64,000 bases of DNA from assembly GCA_964016885.1 (NCBI GenBank), contig OZ024741.1, positions 377,580,001-377,644,000 of the forward strand, read 5' to 3'. The notes below the pieces were generated by a model that saw only the letters and a list, made by a program, of their open reading frames with translations, was not told the origin of the DNA and ran no database searches. Below are positions 13,431 through 25,689 of the stretch, piece after piece; the stretch's first letter is position 1; the number at the start of each line of letters is the position of its first letter. The DNA comes from Eledone cirrhosa (lineage: Eukaryota). Both the position numbers and the translations under genes were made by a program.

Positions 13431-13743
13431 CATCAGGTTTACTTTACTCTATATTCTTTATATATATATATATGTATATATATATAGCGGCGAGAAATTA
13501 GTTTTGCGAGGTTTTTTATATGAAATCGTGTGTCGAAACAAATATTTTTATACTTGGGAGGGTCATATTTGTGTAATATTGCCAGAATTAATAACAGAAC
13601 ACACTCACTGTTTGGTTGGTTTTCGCTTCTCGCTTATGTGTCTTTTATATCGGTAATCTAACTTACTCGGTCCTTAATATTGCCATTGACTGACCGACGG
13701 TCAAAAATAATACAGATACAATATAGACACATATATATAGTTT

Positions 13744-13785
13744 ATCATAAATCTTTCATTGCATATCTGCAACATCGTCAGTGGT
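13744..13785 (-). ncRNA. Minimal hammerhead ribozyme in a PLE 3' region
   Basis: Minus strand reads ACCA-CTGACGA-T-GTTGCA-GATA-TGCAAT-GAAA-GATT-TA^TGAT. It is in sense orientation about 230 nt after the PLE stop at 14017. Confidence 0.6.
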
Positions 13786-14016
13786 GTTATCGTTTCCTCC
13801 TGTTGTATTATATGTCTACGCCATTTTTATTCAGTCTGTCTATATATTTATTTATTTATTTGCTTGTTTGTTTATTTTATTTTGTCTTCTTTGCGCATGC
13901 GTTTGCGTGTGTGTATAGTGTTTTGTTTGCTGTGTGATGGGTGACTAGTGTGTGTTTATGTGCTTGTTGTTATTGTGTTTGTGTATGTATTTATTTATTT
14001 TATTTTATTTACTTAT

Positions 14017-14988
14017 TTATACTTCTCTTAGGTCAGTGTTGTTTGTTTGGGTGTTGTTGTTATTCCATTCATTCTTTCTGTTTAGTCTTGGCCTTCTAAT
14101 TTCTATTTCACTGGCCTCTCTGATTTGCCTATCTGCTGGGTCATTTCTATGTTTAGATATTATTCTAATTTCTATGTTGTCTATGTTACCGTCATGTTGT
14201 TGTCTAGCATGTTCGTATAGTACTGACCCGTTTTTACGTCCTTTTAGTTCCCCCCAGTGTTGGTCTATCCTTTCACCTCTGCTATGAGCTGTCTCACCTA
14301 TGTATGTTGTTGTCATGTTTCTGCAAGTACCCTCTGTACATCTTATGCTATAGACTACGTTTCTAGTTTTACAGTTTATCCGGGGGTTTACCTTACATAT
14401 GATACACTTCCTATTGGTACAGTGGGTTTTCTTAAAAGGATAGGTTTTGCTGATCACGGATTTTATGCTGGTTCCTGGCCTTTCTACCACCTTAATTTTT
14501 AAGTGGGTCTTTCTCAGGGCCTTTCTACACTGGTTAGCTAATATCCCTCCAGGGGTAGCGTCCACAAACATGACACTCTGGTATCTCTGGTTGTCGTACC
14601 ATGAGGTGGCTTTCCCTATCTTATGTCTAGCCCTATCTAAGCTATTCCATGATTTGCTCCTGTATAATGGGCAAATTCCTTTCATGTCCAGTTCTATGAG
14701 GGTCTTATACTTCTCCATGGCTCCTTAGTATACTCTAACTCTGTCTCTTTGGTTGTAGCCAGAGAACTGCATGCGGTTGATGAAGTGTTGGATGTGTCTT
14801 TACATTTCTGTTGGGTCGCACATGCGGGACACATTCTTCATCACTCGTACCAAATCTGCGATCAGAATATTAAACTTAGCACTACTGGACATTGCTGAGT
14901 TTTTGAGTATCAGGTATTTGGAGGCCATGGGTTTAGCATAGTGTGAGTGGAGAATTTGGGCTCTCTCGTCTATAGTGTTAATCCAGTC
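14017..14988 (-). mobile_element. Penelope-like element, 5'-truncated (RT thumb plus GIY-YIG; 233-aa open frame)
   Basis: HYAKPMAS upstream, then CTNRKCIIC, NVVYSIRC, YIGETAHSRGERIDQH and RQIREA..I...RPRLN. Confidence 0.9.
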
Positions 14989-16040
14989 CGACTCACTTAA
15001 CCAAGATGATATTTACCAAAAAGAAGAACACGTCAACATCATTGGATACCATCAGGGTTGCAGGTGTTATATCAGAGTTGTCCTTCTCCTAGAATTCTGC
15101 CTTGACAAAGGCTAAGGGGTCATCTCACGGTGATTTTGGATGGCAATTGACTCTTAAGAGCTCCTTTGCCCTTTGACAGGTTTTGTTTTCAGTCCTGCAG
15201 GATGTCCAAAGTCACCCTCCTCGCCAAGAAACATTGGTGGAGTTGCACATACATACATACCTACATACCTACATACACACATACATACCTACATATATAC
15301 ATACACACATACATACCTACATATATACATACATATACACACACATGCCTACATACACACATACATACCTACATATATACATACATACACACACCTACAT
15401 ATATACATACATACCTACATATATACATATCTACACATACCTACATACATACATACACATAACTACATATATACATGGTGGCTGCCAACTCGTTTTCGAG
15501 TACGACCACTACTTTACATCCATGTAGGAGAACCCCTACCGATGCGCTGAATGAGTGTGACTTTTTAGTCCAGCCAGCGACTTGAAAACTCTGGTACAAA
15601 CACTACGCTTGTGACAATTATTGACACATTTGTGCTGGGCCCATGGTACCATGTGACGACAAGTGCAGAGAGATCTCCAGATATAAAGCAATGCCTGTGC
15701 CGTGAAGCTTTTATAGTGAGCAAAGGCACTGCACAAAGCCAGTCTCACTCTCTTAACCAAGATGATATTTACCAAAAAGAAGAAGTCAACATCATTGGAT
15801 ACCATCAGGGTTGCAGGTGTTATATCAGAGTTTTCCTTCTCCTAGAATTCTGCCTTGACAAAGGCTAAGGGGTCGTCTCTCCCTCAGATTTTGGATGGCC
15901 ATTGACTCTTAAGAGCTCCTTTGCCCTTTGACAGGTTTTGTTTTTAGTCCTGCAGGATGTCCAAAGTCACCCTCCTCACCAAGAAACCTTGGTGGGGTTG
16001 CCAGTTTAGTCGCCATCAATCCGACCATGAGACAGGTTGT
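14989..16040 (-). mobile_element. Non-autonomous RTE-derived element (15475-16040) plus a second 5'-part copy (14989-15246), embedded in (CATA)n
   Basis: 14989-15246 repeats directly at about 15743-16001. The RTE-type C-terminal finger CTRVFKSLAGLKSH..H precedes a short 3' UTR and a (TATG)n tail. There is no RT or endonuclease between the 5' part and the tail. Confidence 0.6.
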
Positions 16041-16274
16041 ACTACATACTTAACTACATACATACCTACATACACACCTACATATATACATACCTACCTA
16101 CACACATACATACACAGACAAAAAGGTGCAAACTGTTTAAATTCCAGTTCAGCCACAGCACCTCAGCCCACCCCCATCACCCCCATTCCAGACCTCCAAT
16201 AACGTTTCAATATTTCAACTTCTCTTTGGAGGTGGAAGCTTGCTCCAGCTCGGTCTCAGTCTGTATATGTATGT

Positions 16275-16305
<31 letters not shown>

Positions 16306-16355
16306 TATACATACATACAAAACGACAACAACAATATATTAATAATAATAATAAG

Positions 16356-16540
16356 AGGGCCGTAACTCTATGCGTCAAAGCATGGCGTCCGACCCTCTAC
16401 CGATACTGCCAATTCACCGCCCTTTGTCTAAACTATAATATAATAATAATAATTGTTTCTGCTTTTTGCACAGGGCCAGCAATTGTCCCGGTGTGTTGCA
16501 GGTGCTTTGTTGTGTCGGCCTCGTAGGGATGAAAGGAAAA
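16356..16540 (-). mobile_element. Two SINE fragments of the 4958 family
   Basis: 5' head GGCGGTGAATTGGCAGTATCGGTAGAGGGTCGGACGCC on the minus strand, plus a 3' fragment with a (TTA)n tail. Confidence 0.75.
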
Positions 16541-16704
16541 AAAAATAATTATAAGCAACAAGTCGAAACATTATAGAACAGAACACAGACAGAAGCTAAC
16601 GCAACAACACTAGTAACTGATGTTACTGGCCTTGTAAAACGAAAAACGCAAAGGAAAAAAAACAAGCAAACAAAAAAAAAACTAAGTCAGACATTCAAAC
16701 ATTA

Positions 16705-19700
16705 CAATGAAACTTATGTCTATTTTTGTTTTTTTAAAGTTTTTATCTATTTATTTGTTTATTTATTTATGTTCGTCTACAGCGTAATGGTGCCACGCTA
16801 AAATCACCGGGTATGATGAAATCACTGGGGGCGATGAAATCACAGATAGTTATGTAACCATACATTCACCAATCCTCGATATGAGTGTTTAAATGTCGAA
16901 CCTAAACAGTTCGAATGACGGTGAACTGGAGACTGGAATGTCATGTGACATACTTTCACCCAGCAGGTGCTCCCTGGCCCAACAGCAGGACCTGGCTGTC
17001 ATCCAAATACTGCTGGTTTTGGAGGAAGAAGAAGGGAAGGGACTAGAACTAACTGGACGAAATAATTTAATAGAACTGTTATGCAATGTTACCTGAACAG
17101 TAACCCTAAGGAAAAAGGATATAGGAAACGGATGCATAACATCTGGAACGAGATTGGTCTATTTAAATTAGATGAACAAAAATTGGCCGGGCAGGCTCGG
17201 GTAATAAGAACTAATGGGTGGATAAGCGAGCTGGAAATGGAGGAACTGAGCAGAGAGAGTAGGTTGGAAATGGAGACTGGAGACTGAAGTATGCCAGGCA
17301 AACGTGGGAAATGAAGGTGAAGAGGTTGAGAGAACGGAGGAAGCATCCGAAGCAGACAATGCTGGCTGAAAAAAATAATACCTGGAACAAAGTACAAAAC
17401 TAGGAGGAAAAAGCTAAATATTATCATAGATGAACTGAAGCAACGCATTGTAGCAAAGAGTGCAAATATTTGGCGATACGAGAGCACAGTCAGTCAGTAT
17501 AGACAGAACCGCATCTTTGACAACAACCGGAAGATGCTGTTTGGACAGCTTGAAGGGAAAGAAAGAGGCAACGACTTGATCCCTGAGGCGGAACAAACTA
17601 AGACATTCTGGAGAGGAATATGGGAGCAGGTGGTTAAACATAATGATCAGGCAGTGTGGATTGAGTCAGTACAAAAGGAGATTAGTGAACAGGCACGCCA
17701 ACAAACTGATTTGAGTATCACAGTTGTAACTCTTAAGGGGCAGGCCAAAATACTAACCAACTGGAAATCACCACACCTCCACCCGAAACTGACAACCATG
17801 TTCAATGACTGCTTGATGTCAGGTGAGGTACTAAAGTGGTTGACAAAAGGTACCACAGTTCTGGTAATGAAAGACCGAATGAAGAGTAATGATGTTACCA
17901 ACAATAGACCTATCACATGTCTGTCCGTAATGTGGAAACTGTTGACAAGCATTTTGTCTGAGGAAATCTACTATCACCTCCACATAAACAACTATTTAAC
18001 GGACGAACAGGAAGGATGCCGAAAGAAGTCCCGTGGTACAAAGAACCAGTTACTTATTGATAAGACGGTAATGACGAATTGCAACAGGAGACACACTGGT
18101 CTTGCCATGGGATGGATAGACTACAAAAAGGCATTCGATATGGTACCTCATTCTTGGATCACAAAAGCCTAGAGATCTTCAAGGTGGCAGATAACATCAG
18201 ACAGTTGTTGAGCAAAAGTATGAAGTCCTGGAAAACAGAGTTAACATCAGCTGGAGAATCCTTGTGTGGCGTGAAGATCAAGAGAGGTATCTTCTAGGGA
18301 GATAGTCTATCCGCTCTGTTGTTTGTCCTTGCCCTGATGCTCCTGACCATTATACTGCGAAAAGTGGGAGCAGGATACAAGTTGGGAAAGGGAGAGCTTA
18401 CCATCAATTACCTCCTCTTCATGGACGATCTTAAGCTCTTCGGGAAGAGTGATAAGGGGTTGGATGTGCTTGTCGACACTGTCTGTATTTTCAGCAATGA
18501 TATATTTATGCAATTTGGTATTTGTAAGTGTGGAGTCCTTCTGATGAAGAGGGGTAAATTGAGCAGAAGCAACGGAATCCAGGTACTAACAGGTGAGATG
18601 ATAAAGGAAATTCACACTGAAGAAGGATACAAGTATTTGGGTATTCTGGAGGCTGATGACATCAAGAACAAACAAAATTAAGGAATTGATAAGATCTGAA
18701 TACATTCGGAGAGTAAGGAGCGTATTAAAGTCACATTTGAACAGTAGGAATGCCATAAGTGCAGTAAATTCCCGAGCTGTGTCTATTATTAGGTACAGTG
18801 CGAGAATTCTGAGATGGAATGTTGCTGAACAAAAAGAAATGGATAGGAAGACTAGGAAGTTATTGAATATCTACAACATGAACAACAAGAGGAGTGATGT
18901 CCATAGACTCTACTTAAGGAGATCTGAGGATGGAAGAGGTCTCATCAGCATAGATGACTGTGTTCAGATGGAGAAAATGAACCTACACAAATACGTAACT
19001 GATAGTAAGGAGCCAATGCTCAGAATTGTATTGAAGGAGAGGACAAGAGACCAGGGGATGTCCATGTAGGAAATAACAACGAGGAGAAAGAGCAACCTTC
19101 ATGAAACATCCCTTCATAGTACCTTCTTTGAGAAAACGGAATTTAGAGATCCACAGACATGGAACTGCTTGAAAAGAAGAGACCTTAAAAAGGCTACAGA
19201 AGGAATGCTAATGGCTGCGCAAGAGCAGGCCCTCAAAACGAAGTGGCTGAAACACGATATTTACAAGGAGGAGGCTAGCCCACTGTGTAGGATCTGTGGA
19301 GAGAGAGAGGAGACTATGGCTCACAATGTATCCGAGTGTAAACACCTAGCCCAGACTCACTATAAGAGCTGGAGACATGATGTGATGGGCAGGGTGATCC
19401 ACTGGCACCTATGCAAAGTAAACAGTTTACCACATTCTCAGAAGTGGTATGAGCATAAGCCAGAGTCGGTGATAGAAAAGGATCAGGCGAAGGTGAAGGT
19501 GCTGTGGGATTTTAGGATGCAGACGCACAAGAAACTGTAACACAAGAGACCTGACCTGGTGCTTTTGACCAAGGAAAATAGATCGGGCCTGATTGTGGTG
19601 GTGGCCTGCCCATTCGACACGAAAGTGCGAGAGAAGGAGAGGGAGAAAATTAACCGATACCAGGACTTAAAGTGGGAGGCAAAAAAGATTTGGAACTGCC

Positions 19701-19940
19701 ATGAAGTCAAAGTGGTCCTGATTGTCATAGGCGCACTAGGTACTATCTCAAACAGTTTCCAGGGATGGTTAAATAAAATTGGTCCCGCCACGCTTTTTGG
19801 AACGCTTCAAAAGGCATGCTTGCTGGGAACAGCAAGAACCCTCCGATAGGTCCTGAATATCTGAGGCTGTAGGTAGTGGCTTGATATTCATTTCAACACA
19901 CTTTCTAGTTAACTAACATCAATGACTGAGACTCAAAGAA
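16705..19940 (+). mobile_element. R4/Dong-type RLE non-LTR retrotransposon, family 1, internally deleted
   Basis: RT motifs NRPITCL, WIDYKKAFD, RGIF*GDSLS and LLFMDD. CCHC motif CRICGEREETMAHNVSEC, RHD, RLE motif PDL..K..RY, and a (AAT)n tail. Close match to 51740-55426. Confidence 0.92.
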
Positions 19941-19950
19941 CAATAATAAC

Positions 19951-19989
<39 letters not shown>

Positions 19990-20092
19990 AAGAAGAAGAA
20001 GAAGAAGAAGAAGAAGAAGGAGAAGAAGAAGAAGAAGAAGAAGAAGAAGAAGAAAAAGAAGAAAAAGAAGAAGAAGAAGAAGAAGAAGAAGA
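19941..20092. repeat. Compound (AAT)n(GAA)n microsatellite joining two convergent LINE 3' ends
   Basis: Seen directly in the sequence. Confidence 0.95.
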
Positions 20093-23000
20093 ATGGTTTC
20101 ATTTATTGTCCTCAAATTCCGACATATAGGGGACAATACATTGGACAGGTACAGTGGGTGTTTTACACACACATCGAGAACAATAACAATAAACAAGAAA
20201 ATTAAAAATAATAGAAGTTCCCCTGAACTGGTAACTTCACCAGTTTAAAAGCGCATGGTCAGTGTAGGCTCACTCACACGGGCCATTCTAGCCACATTCA
20301 CCTACATTTTAACAAATGTACTGGGCATTTCTCAATTTCCTTTCTAAGTGAAACTTGACAATGATGTTGAGTAATTAGCCGAAAATGAAAGTGTCTGTCT
20401 TAACACCTTTCAACCTGGTCCGCCAAGTAAGCTTTATCGCTACTACCGCAAGAAAGAGGATAACTGCGTACCTTCCCTGATCCGGCCGATCGCCGGATCT
20501 GTTCTATACGCAACAAAAGTTGTTCGACATAATTCCACAAATCGGTAATTCACAAACACTGGACGAGTGCATGCAGAAAGGTTTCGTCGCTCTTCCACAA
20601 TCTCAGACAAATCCGTCTGACAGTACTTCCGTTCCAGTAGAGTTTATCTGGAACATGTAATGCTCCGCCCACGGTAGCACTACCGAGCGAGGGATTTCTG
20701 GAAGATATCCATAGTGCCCAGATCGAAAGTACTCCGGAACAGACTGAACAGTTCTACTTCGACGACGCCCAGAGCCTCTCCGAGACCGTAGTCACACTTG
20801 ACCACCACAACCTTCTATAGAAGTCGAGAGTGGATGTTCCATTGATCGCATTGCCAGATTGAGATGCCAATCACCCAGTCTCGGTCTCTTCAGCTCAGTC
20901 AAAGGGACCAAGGGGCGGAAATGGTCATCTAATAAACGGCGAACACACCTATTCAACGTATATGCAAATAACTGGAGATGCCGCAACCTCAGCGCATGTC
21001 TGCGCATCATTAGCCACGGATAGCGACACCAACGAAACCTGTCCTATGCACAAGAAGTTGAAGAAGAGTTGTTCCAACTTGGCGAAGCGCAGACGGGGTC
21101 AAGGCACGACAGTCAGGTGGTAGTAGATGATGGACGCGATGTATGCATTCGCCACCTCCGCCCCACCTATCAGTGACAGCTTCCTCGCAGCCCATTTCTA
21201 GGTGAGACTGGTTACCCTGATCGTCACCTCGTCCTAATTCTTATCAATGCTGAGGTCTGGTCCGAACCAGACCCCGAGCAACTTTAACGGTCCGTCCATC
21301 CTACACCTAGCTATGCTGTTGGATGGCATGGTCTTGCCTCTCCAGATGCCGAGCTGCAAGCCTATCAACTTTTCCTGGTTAAGTTTCGTTCCCATCATCC
21401 TTTCATATTCCTCCGATAAGGTGCCGACCACCTCGAATTCCGTGGTGTCCGACACCATCATGGGGATGTCATGAACCTCTCAGCACCCCGGTTCGGGCGG
21501 GTTGCCCTACAACAGCTCCAGCTTACGCAGTAAAACTTCGAGAGACAATATGTACAGAAGGAAGTAGAGATAGCACCCTCGATGAACCCATCGGGAGATC
21601 TGAAACCGGTTCTGACAGTAGACAATTAAATTTGACCACCAAGCAGATGCCGTTGTGCCTTGCAGCGATCTAGCTTCTGAAGACGGGGCCTAGCCAGCTG
21701 CCTTGAGCACAGCCTCCAGTTACTGATTTTCGACCCTATCGAATGCGTTCGTTTGATCTATATTGATCAGAGATCCAACGAAGCCAGTCATATTTACGTT
21801 AATCTCGTAGGGCAGGCCATCCACACCGGGTGACAAGGGGATCCTGAATTTCGGCTGTACTTATCAGTCTTTCGCAGTGTTCAGTGTCAGCCGTCGCGAG
21901 ATGCGGCAAGCCGTCGAGGTAGGGTCTGCTGTCCACTACCATCTCAAATCCAACACTTCCCCCGAACAACCGAGCAATGTAATGCCGAAAGGCCTCGGAC
22001 ATCCACCTGGAATCGCTCAGCTCGCACCTTAGCTCTGACAATGCAACCCTCCAGTTTCACATTAAAGAAACGGTCACATGCCATTCTCGTAGCTAACACG
22101 TCAGTTGCCTCGTCTAATTTAACTACCAGCTCCACCTCATTTCTATTCTTCTCTAACGGTACTTCTTTGCTAAACCCTATCGAAATTACTCTATCGAAAT
22201 TACTCTATCGAAATTACTCTAATCGAAATTACAATCGAAATTACTCTAATTTCCCTTTTGAGAGCCACCCACCAGCTGTTGTTGATGATGCCGCACCTTT
22301 TACATAATTAAATTGTTGACCCTATGTCTGTAAGTCTTACGTACAGGGAAGCGCATGTTTAGCTTCCAGTAACCAGGTCCAAATCTACGCGTCTTATCTA
22401 GGTTAACACACAGATCGCAAACTTGCGAGCAGAATAGTCGACCATTTTATGGACACCCTACACTATTTCCTAATGAAAATCCAGTCTATATACGATCAAG
22501 ATGACTCTATGCGTTTGGTCGAGGTCCACACAGATGCATTAGGGGAATAACGAATCTAGAATTTGAGGCTTTTGCACCCCCTCCTCTATCAGCTACTCCC
22601 CACAAACACAGCGTGCGTCTGAGATGCTGTTCCAGTCCCCCACTAACAGTAAAGGGCTAGACGTACCCAGAAAGGAATCCAGGTGCCTAAAGAAGTCCGG
22701 CCGTCCGGCTCTAGTAGAGGAGTAGGTGGCCACCAATCTAAAGACACCACCATCGCTATTGTTCACGTCCCCGACCACCAATTTACTCTCCGGTTCCCGG
22801 AATATCCACCTTACATTCAGATCCAGGCTTTTCCTAAACAACACTGCCACACCACCTCCGATTCCAGTCCGACTAACAGATGTGAATATCTGATAGTTGT
22901 CGAAAATGGGAGATAGTGCCCGCGTGGCGGCAATTACATTCATTTCTAGAGACTTGAGGTCGTTGAGCAGGTAAGCTGCATCCAGGGTGATTCCAGGCCA

Positions 23001-24420
23001 CGGGCATTTAAACTTCCTACCTTTAATATGTGCCTGGTTCGATCTCCACAGTTGGTGAGGTTCTTTTGGTAACCCCTTTAAAAGTTTCGATGTGGGTATC
23101 AAGTCCGGGGTTCTCACGTGTCGAGAAAGGCTCTCTCGAATTCATTTTCAGGATTCGAGCGTTATTCGCACCATAAATAAATCTCCTGGCACGCGAAATG
23201 TGCTGATGCAAACATTTCCTTCGCTCTTTGAATTACTTCACTTCGTGCTACGAGGGCCATCAATTTCTTGTTGACACTTCTGACAAGCGCAAAGTTTCAT
23301 CTGTTTTGTTGGTGCGGTGTTATTTGTTTTCGTTTGGGTGACTCTGATGGTGACGGCTTTGTTGGTGTTGTTTCAGTAGTTTCTGTGTTTATTGTGGGTG
23401 TCTTCAATTTCTGGTGTCTGTGATTATTTCTTCTTGTGTCTCTTTAGGTTGTTTGCGTTTGGGGGATTATGGGGATGGTGTTGTTGGTGGGAGTTTTGGT
23501 GTTGGCGTTGGTGCTGTTAGGATGGTGTTTACGTTGGTCTTGTCTGCATTTTTTTGTGGTGGGTGTTGTTCCGCTTTGTGGGGGATTTTTCTTTGTTTTC
23601 TTCTTTGCTTTTAGGCGGATTTGGGTTTTCCAACATCTTCACTTCTGGAAGATGACGGGTCTGTGCGTTTATCTTTGTGTCCATCTGTATATTTTGAGAC
23701 GGGGGATTGGAGAGCTTTCTTCATTTCCCCCTTCGGTTGGTTTTTAGTGTTGATGTTGGTTCGACAGTTTTTTGCTGTTGTTGGGGCTACTGGTGTCAGT
23801 GATGGCGGAGCTTTGCGTCCCAGCAGTGGCGTTGGGAGCAATGGAAGTTTGCGTTCCCCTGCATTTTTGAGCTGAGAGCAGAAGGCATACGGATGCGTTG
23901 CTTCACCGCTGACTAAGCAGTGCGATCTTCTTCCCTCAGTAATCAACTGAATCGTTGTCCCGGCCTGCAGGAGGAAAAAGTTCGGAATATTATATAGTGC
24001 ATCTGGTTTTATTTGGAGGCGAAACTCCGAATACATCGCGGACCAGTCTTCTGTCTCAGTGTTTTTGATATTTACGAGGGTAGATAACCTCCTCAATTAC
24101 GCATCACAGTATCCAGCGTAAGTTCATTCCTGGTGGAATTCTAGGACATTCACTTTTCTTTTGCCCATGTAGGATGTGTGCATAATTATGCATTCCATTC
24201 TGCGGGGAGCCACAAAGTGCTTAATAGCAAGTGCCTCAGTTTTGAACAGCACCGTGATGGTTGCGAACTGGCTATACCTTGCTTTGTATTCAATATCATC
24301 TTTGAGGCATTCCAAAGTAGCCTCAACTTCTGCCTGGCTGGCGAGTTCCTTGTTTCTTTATTGACCATAATAGCTAACAAGAAAATATTACAGACGCCAT
24401 AGAACGGTACACCGCGATAC
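20093..24420 (-). mobile_element. L1-Tx1-type LINE, decayed (ORF1, APE endonuclease, RT remnants)
   Basis: APE motifs GGGVAVLF...LLVGDWN, KLLGVWFGPDL, and an ORF1 zinc-knuckle remnant CLVSGEATHPYAFC. The 3' end AATAAATGAAACCAT is followed by (TTC)n. Confidence 0.88.
22177..22250. repeat. About 14-bp minisatellite (ATCGAAATTACTCT), roughly 5 copies, inside LINE ORF2
   Basis: Seen directly in the sequence. Confidence 0.85.
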
Positions 24421-24429
24421 AAAGTGGCT

Positions 24430-24810
24430 TATGGCCGTGTAAAAAGGTTATAAGAAAATAGAAATATGTAAAAAGAAATAAAAAAATTCAAACAACAAAA
24501 AATCCCCAATAGGTGGGAAACCTCCGAGGGTAACTCGTGGCGAAAACCACACAAGCGTCCTCTCCCTTATCCCCCACTCCTCAGTCTACAGACGCATACT
24601 GTGAACGGATCCGTCGACTCGAACCAGACTCGCCACTTTCACCCATCTTTCAACAAACTTACTAGAAGACATCACTTAACTCTCCACCCTGATTTTCTTC
24701 TTGAAATGAAATTTGAAAATATTAATCAGGGATTCGTCGGAGAGGAAAGTGTCCCTCATCAATCCTTTCAGCCTTGTCCACCACACATAATTTTTATTTC
24801 AAATGGGACA
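24430..24810 (-). mobile_element. Tx1-type LINE 3' fragment
   Basis: Minus strand encodes FKFHFKKKIRVES..FVERWVKVASL, homologous to the ORF2 C-terminus at about 51320-51450. Confidence 0.75.
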
Positions 24811-25689
24811 TAAGTCATTAGCCTTTGTTCTCGGAAAACGAGATCCTATAATACCTCTGCATATGGCTGACATATTTAATTTTGTATTAGACATTTTATA
24901 TTAAAAATTAAAATGTTTACAAATGGAAGAACCCCACTACCACCGCGTACACGAAATACACTCAGCCAAATATAGATAATGTAACCACTACTACCACCAA
25001 CAGCAACGACAACAACAAACACACCACCAACCCCATAATAATAATTATTATTGTATCCCAAGTTTTCTCAAAATATTTATTTCAAATATTAAGAAAGATT
25101 GTCAGCCTGCATATTAACAAGCTATAAAGCTACTGAACAGAACACAAAAAAAAACATAACAGAAAATAAAATAACAAACGCAACATCATATTGTAATGGC
25201 TACAACATTTAGTCCAGTCAAACCGACAGCAACAACAACGCTGTCGCTACAGTACCACACCATCTCCTCCATCACCACCACCACTCGATCGTCACCACCA
25301 CTCCATCATTACCACCATTTCTACTCCCCCACTATCTTCTCTTAACTCAAGAAAAGACGATATTTGCTGAGGAGAGGGAAGGTAACAGTAACACTTAACA
25401 AGACTAGAAATGAAGAAGCTACAAAAAGATATAAAGCACTGACATAGTGACCCGGTCAGAATGAAATTTTGAACATCTCACCATTAACAGCTACAATGGC
25501 ACCCATGTCCCTCTCCTACACTGAAACTCTACTCCCACCCAGACCGGAAAAAGCCCCCGCACCACCGGCACAACCAACAACAACACAGCAAAGGCAACAT
25601 CAACAATAACCACAAGTATATTATCATAATAATTTCGTTATTAACCACACAAGACTCACATTAAGGAAACATAATAATAATAATAATAA

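Noticed and set aside
15166-15550. ORFs rich in YI/HT/RE/FF/LL runs (also at 4229, 5252, 19905, 40953 and 43834)
   Set aside because: These are translations of microsatellites.
22177-22250. Short direct repeats as a CRISPR-like array
   Set aside because: There are no unique spacers and the context is a eukaryotic LINE. It is a slippage minisatellite.
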